Of a DNA stretch of 32,000 nucleotides, positions 17,107 to 24,297 are shown piece after piece. The translations under genes were made by a program, and so were the position numbers. The first letter of the stretch is position 1, and each line of letters starts with the position of its first letter. Under the pieces are notes generated by a model. That model was not told where the DNA came from. It saw only the letters and a list, made by a program, of their open reading frames with translations, and made no database searches. This stretch comes from Crocosphaera subtropica ATCC 51142 (GTDB lineage Bacteria > Cyanobacteriota > Cyanobacteriia > Cyanobacteriales > Microcystaceae): positions 3,000,001 through 3,032,000 of the forward strand of contig NC_010546.1 in the NCBI RefSeq assembly GCF_000017845.1, in the 5' to 3' direction.

Positions 17107-17339
17107 GAGTTTGTTTCTTTTTGAAATTACTCTTTTAATTTTACCTAAACAGAGCTTTTTTTATTCACGACTCATTTAGAAACGCTATATAATCTTTGAT
17201 TTAGTTGGGGCTTCTAATCTCATTAGAAGTTGCTTAAAGTTTAAGGGATTGAAGTGATTGAATGGTAAACCCTGAGTTTCACCTTGATAAATTATAAATT
17301 CAGTATTATAATTTTCAGAAAGTTAAACTATTTATAATC

Positions 17340-18425
17340 ATGAATTTCGGGTTTAATATTAGCCTAGCAGACGTTTTTAAAATACTTAGTCCTTTATTAG
17401 TCGTTTTATTTGGTGTCTTATTAGGAATACTTTTTGAGAGAAGGGTAATCAAAAATATCAAAAAATTAGCTTCTAAAACTAACTGGAGATACGACAAAAT
17501 TATCATTGATTCAATTCAAGGATTTAGCATTCTTTGGTTTTCTTTAGGAGGAATAGCGGTTGCTTCCTATATTTATCCTATTCCTTTAGCTATTCAAATT
17601 CTTATTAATAAGTTTCTGATTGCTACTTTTTTGGGTTCAGCAACTCTAGTTATTTCTCGTCTATTGGTGGGGTTACTGAAAGCTTATACCACTGACGAAC
17701 AGGGTATTTCTCCCTTAACTTCTCTGTTTGAATTTATTACTAAGATAGTTATTTATAGTCTCGGTGTTTTAATCATATTACAGTCCATTGGTATTCAAAT
17801 AACTCCTCTATTAACTGCATTAGGAGTCGGTGGTGTTTCTGTTGGTTTAGCTTTACAAACTACCCTAGCAAACTTAATGTCTGGGGTAAATATTATTATG
17901 TCAGGAAAGGTCAGACCTGGAGACTATATTCGTTTGGCTAGTGGAGAAAGTGGTTATGTTCTTGATGTAGAATTAAAATATACAGTTTTAAAAGAAATAA
18001 CCGATAATTTATTAATTATTCCTAACTCGAAAATTATTTCCGGAAGCTTCAAAAACTTTAGTTTACCCAATAAAACCATTGTCCTTCCTGTTACCCTTGA
18101 TGTAGGTTATGATAGTAACCTAGAAACTGTTGAAAAACTAACTCTTGAAGTGGCAAATGATTTATTAAAAGAGAAAATAATAGAAGAAGAAGATTATATC
18201 AGTGATCCGTTTATCTTGTACAATAAATTTGACTACTTTAGTATTAATTTAACCATTTATTTAAAAGTCCATGAACGAGAATTTTTTGACCATTTAGAAA
18301 TCAAACATCAGTTTTTAAAGAAACTACATCAACGATATCAAGCAGAAGGGATTGAAATTCCTTTCCCGATTAAATCAGTTTATTTTCCTCCTCAAAAAGT
18401 TGATAATCCTTATAATATTCAGTAA
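17340..18425 (+). CDS. Mechanosensitive ion channel, MscS family
   Basis: Several N-terminal TM helices are followed by the MscS core GVGGVSVGLALQTTLANLMSGVNIIMSGKVRPGDYIRL...IIPNSKIISGSFKNFS. Confidence 0.85.
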   Translation: MNFGFNISLADVFKILSPLLVVLFGVLLGILFERRVIKNIKKLASKTNWRYDKIIIDSIQGFSILWFSLGGIAVASYIYPIPLAIQILINKFLIATFLGSATLVISRLLVGLLKAYTTDEQGISPLTSLFEFITKIVIYSLGVLIILQSIGIQITPLLTALGVGGVSVGLALQTTLANLMSGVNIIMSGKVRPGDYIRLASGESGYVLDVELKYTVLKEITDNLLIIPNSKIISGSFKNFSLPNKTIVLPVTLDVGYDSNLETVEKLTLEVANDLLKEKIIEEEDYISDPFILYNKFDYFSINLTIYLKVHEREFFDHLEIKHQFLKKLHQRYQAEGIEIPFPIKSVYFPPQKVDNPYNIQ

Positions 18426-18584
18426 TTAGTTTGATCCCAAAAATTAAATGTAATTATCTTATTGAAAATCTAGTTGAATTTTTATATCAAGAAATGGTAA
18501 CACTAGGAATTTCTCCTCAAATTTATGCAAATTTTCTTGAAGATTCATATAATTTAGGTCTAAGTGTAATTACAGAATAACTGA

Positions 18585-19271
18585 ATGAAACCCTACCAAA
18601 GTATCCCTATTCAAGACTGTGGAGAACCCTTGATTAAGATCCCCTTAGAACAGTTTTCCCTAGAAACACCCCATCCCTATCAAAAGTTAGGTGCTTCCTA
18701 TGGACCAAAATCCCCTTATTATTTACGCGCTCAAGTTGTAGAAGCATTAATAGAAGCACAAACCCATTTACAACAACAATATCCAGGGTGGAAAATCCAC
18801 ATTTTTGATGCTTATCGTCCTGTTGCAGTACAACAATTTATGGTGGATTATACGTTTACGTCTCTACTTGAAGAAAAGGGGTTAATTCTAGACGCTTTAT
18901 CCCCAACGGAAAAAGATAATCTTTGGCAACAAGTTTATCAAATTTGGGCTGTACCGAGTGATGATTTAACCACTCCACCTCCCCATAGTACCGGCGGGGC
19001 AGTCGATATTACGTTAAAAGATGATCAGGGTCAATTATTGGATATGGGAGGCATGATTGACGAATTATCTGAGCGATCGCAGCCTAATTATTATGCTACA
19101 CAAAGGGATAACCCAGGACAAAGCTATCATCAAAGACGAGAATTGCTCAATGAAATCATGACGAAAGCAGGATTTCTACGCCATCCTGGGGAATGGTGGC
19201 ATTTCTCACTGGGGGATCAAATGTGGGCATGGCAAAGTCAACAGGCAATCGCATATTATGGGAGAGCTTAG
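18585..19271 (+). CDS. ddpX: D-alanyl-D-alanine dipeptidase (peptidase M15D, VanX/DdpX type)
   Basis: Zinc-ligand and catalytic motifs are present: DAYRP, PPHSTGGAVDITL, GEWWHF. Confidence 0.85.
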   Translation: MKPYQSIPIQDCGEPLIKIPLEQFSLETPHPYQKLGASYGPKSPYYLRAQVVEALIEAQTHLQQQYPGWKIHIFDAYRPVAVQQFMVDYTFTSLLEEKGLILDALSPTEKDNLWQQVYQIWAVPSDDLTTPPPHSTGGAVDITLKDDQGQLLDMGGMIDELSERSQPNYYATQRDNPGQSYHQRRELLNEIMTKAGFLRHPGEWWHFSLGDQMWAWQSQQAIAYYGRA

Positions 19272-19331
19272 TCTGAGTGCAGCCATAAAGTTACTGGTTT
19301 AACTTGTAGGGGAGCAGGGAGAGGAGTAAAG

Positions 19332-20519
19332 TTAATTATCGGGGAAAGAACCGGGTAATACTTTTAAGGTTTTGGACTTCCCATTGCGAATCACTTCAAC
19401 GGCCAGGGTTTCACCGATGGAGCTAACTTCTACTTCTTCTTGAACTTCAACCGCTTTACTAACGGGTTTACCGCCAACTTTAAGAATAATATCCCCTGGT
19501 TTAAACCCTGCTTTCTGGGCGGGGGAGTCATCTACGACTCGCACCACTAAAACCCCTTCGTTATTAGATACTTTAAACCCTAGTTGTGGATCTTGATTTA
19601 ATTCTTTACTTAACTCTGGGTTGAGAGTGATCATGTGTATCCCCAAATAAGGATGGGCTGCTTTTCCGTTGGTTAATAGCTGGTTAGCCACCCGTTGGGC
19701 GGTTTCGATGGGAATGGCAAACCCTAACCCTTGAGCATCGGCTCGAATAGCAGTATTAATACCAATAACCTGACCTTGGGCGTTCAGCAGAGGTCCGCCA
19801 GAGTTTCCAGGGTTAATAGCTGCATCGGTTTGGATAAACCGAACCCGTTTATCAGGAACCCCGACTTCGGTACTGGATCGTCCTAATGCGCTGATAATGC
19901 CCACTGTTACCGTATTATCCAGTCCTAAAGGGTTGCCAATAGCGATCGCCCATTCCCCTGGGTTGAGTTGTTCTGCGCTACCAATGGCCACCGTTGGCAA
20001 GTCTTGGGCTTCAATTTTTACGACCGCTACATCGGTCATCGGATCGGTTCCCAATACTTTTCCGTCATAGACTTGGCCATCTTTGAGGGTCACTTTAACT
20101 TCTTTGGTCCCATCGACCACATGAGCATTGGTTAATAACTGTCCATCGGGAGTTAAAATAAACCCTGATCCGGTTCCTCGTTCAATGTGTTCTTTGGGAA
20201 TGGGGAGATCGTTTCCAAAAAAACGACGGAAGAAAGGATGTTCAAAGGTTTCCCCCATTTGATTAGAAACCTCTCGTGTTGCATCAATGCGAACCACGGC
20301 CGGGCCAACTTTTTGGGCTGCTTCAGCTATAAAATTCAAGTTGGCTTTGGAGGAAGATTTTGGAGGAAATGGAAACGGTTTGAGGTTTGTGGGAACCACT
20401 GTCGGGGTTTGACTGGTTTGTTCTTGAGAGGTTTGGGTCCAGTAACGACTTCCCCAGACCCCTGCACTCCCACCTAAGATCAATAATGCTACATAGACAA
20501 TTAACTGTTTAATACGCAT
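19332..20519 (-). CDS. htrA: HtrA/Deg-family periplasmic serine protease with one PDZ domain
   Basis: It has an N-terminal signal/anchor. The catalytic triad context is LTNAHVV, DVAVVKI and GNSGGPLLN. The C-terminal PDZ carries GFKPGDIILKVGGKPV. I cannot tell HtrA from HhoA or HhoB. Confidence 0.9.
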   Translation of the reverse strand: MRIKQLIVYVALLILGGSAGVWGSRYWTQTSQEQTSQTPTVVPTNLKPFPFPPKSSSKANLNFIAEAAQKVGPAVVRIDATREVSNQMGETFEHPFFRRFFGNDLPIPKEHIERGTGSGFILTPDGQLLTNAHVVDGTKEVKVTLKDGQVYDGKVLGTDPMTDVAVVKIEAQDLPTVAIGSAEQLNPGEWAIAIGNPLGLDNTVTVGIISALGRSSTEVGVPDKRVRFIQTDAAINPGNSGGPLLNAQGQVIGINTAIRADAQGLGFAIPIETAQRVANQLLTNGKAAHPYLGIHMITLNPELSKELNQDPQLGFKVSNNEGVLVVRVVDDSPAQKAGFKPGDIILKVGGKPVSKAVEVQEEVEVSSIGETLAVEVIRNGKSKTLKVLPGSFPDN

Positions 20520-20671
20520 GATACTTTTATTTTTTTATAATCACAGGGTTCCCTATTCCAAATTATGACAAAGTTTCCTGAAAACAGTTAACTTCTCTGG
20601 GTTTATTTTAGCTTTTGAAGGTGTAGGATTTTGGCTGTGGGGTATGGGGTGTGGGAGATCGGGGTAAAAAG

Positions 20672-22084
20672 TTACCTCAAAATGTTATCCCGTTCAAATC
20701 TATTGTCAAACTCATCAAGATTATTTAAAGGATTTTCTCTCATATCTATTTCCTCTTCGATCCTATCAATATTAATGTTATTGGGAGGGAGGTTATTGGG
20801 TGGTGGGGGTAACTCTTCTTCAACCTGGGGAGGTGCTTGTTCTTGCATTCCTTGATTAACTTTTTGGATTTGCGCTAAGAAATGGTCTTGATTATGGTTA
20901 AGAGAACGAGCTAAGATCAACCCTTCTTGGAAAGCAGTTAACGCAGGTTGGTAGAGTTGTTTCCCTAGATAAATTTCCCCAATCTTGTCATATACTCTCA
21001 TCAAACCGTAATAATTATAAGATAATTGTTCTACTTGAATTAAGCGTTCATAAATTTGTAAAGCATAATCTTCTTGTTCATAATCGGTGTATAAATCCGC
21101 TAGTCTTGTTAAGGCTTCTGCTGCTGCCCCAAATAACTGTAATGACCAAGCTAAAGCATAGGCTTCTTGGTAATTTTGACTGGCTAATTCTGGTTGATCT
21201 AATGTTTCATAATCTTTACCAATATCAATTTTTAAGGGGGGTACAAACTGAATTTTTTCACTGGCTAAATAACTATCGACTAATCTTTGTTTAATCGCTG
21301 CTGCATTATCGGCTTGTAAGGAGGCTGTATAAATTTCAGCTAAGGCTTGTAAATACAATCCTTCTTCATAGGTATTTCGTTCAGCTTGGGCTATATCTAA
21401 TAGTTCCTCATAAACGGCTGCAGCGTTGGGATAATCAAATTTGGCTAAATAAAGTCTTCCTAATCCTTGTAAGGCTTCTTTTTCTGTAAAGGGAGTGTCA
21501 TTTTCTCTGGCATAATTTAGGACTTTATTATAAACGATAATTGAATTATCTAAACTATGTAACTTCTCATAAGCATTGGCTAAAGCAATTAAAAATTCTG
21601 GGCTTAAGGGATCTTCTTGTTCTGATAATTCTTGTAATTCAACAATTCTTTTAGTAATAATTTGTACATCTTCTGTACGAGTTTTATTCCAAGCAATTTC
21701 CCCAACTCTTCCCAAGGCATTAATTTCTTCTATTCTGCCTAAAACTCGTCTTAATCTTAATTCTCGATACCAAATTTCAAAGGCAAGATTATCATTTCCA
21801 TCGTCTAATTCTTGTTGTGCTTTTTGATTTAACTGATCTAATTCTTTTCTCAATCTTTTTTGTTCTAATGGAGTTAAAGGGCGAGGAACCGAGGGAAGTA
21901 ACGGATCATCTAAAGGAATTTCTAAAGGGGTTAATTCTTTCTCAGGAAGGGATAAAGCCATCTGAGTAGATTTTACTAAATCCCCAAAATAAAGAAGAAA
22001 AGTTAAGCTAATTAAAACAGGAAATTTACTAATAGAGTTACGAGAATAAAACATAATCTTCCTCACCAACATTAAGTGCCACAA
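20672..22084 (-). CDS. Tetratricopeptide-repeat protein with N-terminal signal/anchor and proline-rich C-terminus
   Basis: There are multiple TPR-like units (A..Y...L.....D...A......Y.......Y..A). A hydrophobic N-terminus follows a possible internal start (MFYSRNSISKFPVLISL, start about 22054). The C-terminus reads PPQVEEELPPPPNNLPPNN. Confidence 0.7.
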   Translation of the reverse strand: MWHLMLVRKIMFYSRNSISKFPVLISLTFLLYFGDLVKSTQMALSLPEKELTPLEIPLDDPLLPSVPRPLTPLEQKRLRKELDQLNQKAQQELDDGNDNLAFEIWYRELRLRRVLGRIEEINALGRVGEIAWNKTRTEDVQIITKRIVELQELSEQEDPLSPEFLIALANAYEKLHSLDNSIIVYNKVLNYARENDTPFTEKEALQGLGRLYLAKFDYPNAAAVYEELLDIAQAERNTYEEGLYLQALAEIYTASLQADNAAAIKQRLVDSYLASEKIQFVPPLKIDIGKDYETLDQPELASQNYQEAYALAWSLQLFGAAAEALTRLADLYTDYEQEDYALQIYERLIQVEQLSYNYYGLMRVYDKIGEIYLGKQLYQPALTAFQEGLILARSLNHNQDHFLAQIQKVNQGMQEQAPPQVEEELPPPPNNLPPNNINIDRIEEEIDMRENPLNNLDEFDNRFERDNILR

Positions 22085-22154
22085 ACAAGTTTAAAAGCTA
22101 ATAACTGGTTACTACTCACTGCTCACTGAATATAAGATAACATTTGAAAGAGAA

Positions 22155-23324
22155 TTGTATTATGGGGACAACTGTGTGAGGAAATTATCTAACCTTATCC
22201 TAGCCTTAATTATCATCATTAGTTTATCTGCTTGTATTGGAACGCCCCAAATTACAGCAGAAGAGCGATTATTTCCGCCGATTTCCTTAAAATTTTTAGA
22301 TAAATACGAAATTCAACCCCAAAATTTTCAAGATACTCCCATAGGAGGTTTATCTGCTATTACTTATGATCGCCAAAGCGATCGCTTCTATGCTTTGTCT
22401 GATGATCGGTCCGAACAAGCGCCGGCAAGATTCTATACTCTTAACATAAACATCACGACCACTGAGGAGCAAGCAGCCAAAATAGAAGGAATAACAGTAG
22501 AAAATGTCACCTTTCTTAAAGACCAAACAGGACAAACTTACTCATCCCAAACCATCGATCCAGAGGGCATTGTTTTGTCCCCTAGAGACACTTTATTTAT
22601 ATCTAGTGAAGGAGTACCTGAACAGGGAATTAACCCCTTTCTCGGCGAATTTGACCCGACTACAGGGCAACTTCAACAAGAGCTCCGTCTCCCTCAACGT
22701 TATCTAATGGCAACGGATACCGAAACGGAACCCCAAGGAGTGGAAAATAATCTAGGGTTTGAACCCTTAACCATTAGTGCCACCAGTACCCTCAAAGATG
22801 ACCCCTTTCGTGTGTTCACTGCCACAGAAGCGTCCTTAAAACAGGATACGGGTTCGACTCCTCCTGTGAATATTCCGGTGCGTCTGCTGCATTATGTGAT
22901 CAGTCCCGTGGGTCCTCCTGTATTATTAGCCGAACATTTATATTTATTGGATGAAATGCCAAAAGGTGCGATCGCTAATGGCCTGACGGAATTACTTGCT
23001 TTACCCCGTGAGGGTTCCTGGTTAAGTTTAGAGCGAACCTTTGGACTGTTTGGGTTTGGGGCAAAATTATTCCAAGTGGTCAATAGTGGGGCTTCTGAAA
23101 CCTCAACTATTGCTAGTTTTAAAGAGGGAATAGAAGGAATTAAACCTCTACGAAAAAAACTATTATTAGACCTAGAAACCTTAGATATTGAATTAGATAA
23201 TTTAGAAGGAATGACCCTCGGTCCTAGGTTAAGCGATGGGAGTGAAAGCCTATTTTTAATCAGTGATGATAACTTTAATACTGATCAAAAAACTCAACTT
23301 TTATTATTCAAACTAAATGCTTAA
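22155..23324 (+). CDS. Secreted lipoprotein of the 'esterase-like activity of phytase' family
   Basis: Lipoprotein signal ...LALIIIISLSAC, with GTG at 22176 as an alternative start. The motifs GGLSAITYD...FYALSDDRS...ARFYTL and EGMTLGP...LFLISDDNF are typical of phytase-like esterase beta-propeller proteins. Confidence 0.65.
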   Translation: MYYGDNCVRKLSNLILALIIIISLSACIGTPQITAEERLFPPISLKFLDKYEIQPQNFQDTPIGGLSAITYDRQSDRFYALSDDRSEQAPARFYTLNINITTTEEQAAKIEGITVENVTFLKDQTGQTYSSQTIDPEGIVLSPRDTLFISSEGVPEQGINPFLGEFDPTTGQLQQELRLPQRYLMATDTETEPQGVENNLGFEPLTISATSTLKDDPFRVFTATEASLKQDTGSTPPVNIPVRLLHYVISPVGPPVLLAEHLYLLDEMPKGAIANGLTELLALPREGSWLSLERTFGLFGFGAKLFQVVNSGASETSTIASFKEGIEGIKPLRKKLLLDLETLDIELDNLEGMTLGPRLSDGSESLFLISDDNFNTDQKTQLLLFKLNA

Positions 23325-23544
23325 AAAGGAGGATGGGTTAGACAACAATAATTTAGTTGTAACCTACCATCTGAGAAGGCGATCTCTTATTATCAGTGAT
23401 TAGTCTGCTAATATATAGTTAAAATTAGGTGTGTTATATACCTAGATGAGATGAAAATATATACGAAAGCTTACATTTTGAGGATGACAAATTGCCTTTG
23501 ATCACGTTTAATCGGTATAGACAATCAATGGTCAAATTTTTAAC

Positions 23545-24261
23545 ATGATTAGGACTAAAACGATGATGAAACTTTCTCATTTAATGACCTTGACAACAGG
23601 ACTAAGTTTAGGACTAGGCTGTTTCTCGAATCAAGAGGCGATCGCCGCTACATTAGGGCCTGATTTTGCAGGGAAAACTATTCAAGAAATTAGTTTAATT
23701 GTGGATCAAGTATCCATTACACCTCAAGAATCTTCAACAGATTATACTTTAGGATTGCGAGTAAAAGTTTCGTTTCTTGATGAAGAGCAAGAAGGAGAAG
23801 AAACTTGGTTTATCAATCGTAATGCTACTTTCTTTAACATCGTAGGTTCTCTGTTCACTTTAAACATGGATTTTTGTGCATCATCTGCCCCTTTTACTTG
23901 TTATTCTTTATTCGATAATCCCATAACCATTACTAATAATACTCTGAGGGGTAGAGAATTTAGTAAAAATGATGATGAGGTAGAAGGTATTGTTAAGCTT
24001 TTAACTAATGGGACGGCTGATATTGTGACATTAGATGCTAACTTAGTCAACACCCAATATAGTAGCAATAGTGACGGACTTCCGAGTGTAAATTTTCAAC
24101 AAAGTACCTCAGAAAGTATATTTTTTGTTTCAACTCCACCGATTGAACCTGCTGTTGTTCCTGAACCTCTAACCCTTCTCGGTTCAGCAACTGCCATCGG
24201 TTTTGGTAGCTTTTTTAAGCGTAAATTAGGTACAAGAAAATTTTCATCAAAGAAAGCATAA
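23545..24261 (+). CDS. PEP-CTERM sorting-domain protein
   Basis: It has an N-terminal signal peptide. The C-terminal VPEPLTLLGSATAIGFGSFFKRKL gives the PEP motif, a TM helix and a basic tail, which is the exosortase sorting signal. Confidence 0.8.
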   Translation: MIRTKTMMKLSHLMTLTTGLSLGLGCFSNQEAIAATLGPDFAGKTIQEISLIVDQVSITPQESSTDYTLGLRVKVSFLDEEQEGEETWFINRNATFFNIVGSLFTLNMDFCASSAPFTCYSLFDNPITITNNTLRGREFSKNDDEVEGIVKLLTNGTADIVTLDANLVNTQYSSNSDGLPSVNFQQSTSESIFFVSTPPIEPAVVPEPLTLLGSATAIGFGSFFKRKLGTRKFSSKKA

Positions 24262-24297
24262 AATAATTGATTAAGCTATGTTCAATTAGTAATTATT

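Larger units (their letters stand above)
16047..17187 (-). mobile_element. IS630-family insertion sequence (1141 bp), apparently intact, flanked by a TA duplication
   Basis: The terminal inverted repeats are imperfect, matching at 19 of 24 positions: 16047-16070 TAGCTAGTCTAACTGAATCGTGAA against 17164-17187 TTCACGACTCATTTAGAAACGCTA. TA lies immediately outside both ends (16045-46 and 17188-89). orfA and orfB lie inside. Confidence 0.8.

Noticed and set aside
18427-18580. Apparent small coding stretch (...YQEMVTLGISPQIYANFLEDSYNLGLSVITE*) between the MscS and dipeptidase genes
   Set aside because: When I recounted the T-run at 18478-18483 (six T), the longer reading frame was broken. Only a roughly 35-codon frame remains, with no ATG and no recognisable homology. 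It may be a gene remnant, but I cannot support that.
20187-21827. Plus-strand ORFs 20187-20477, 20631-20855, 21106-21294 and 21576-21827
   Set aside because: They are antisense to the htrA-like and TPR genes. ORF 20631-20855 is produced by the G-rich tract and the proline-codon complement and translates to low-complexity sequence.
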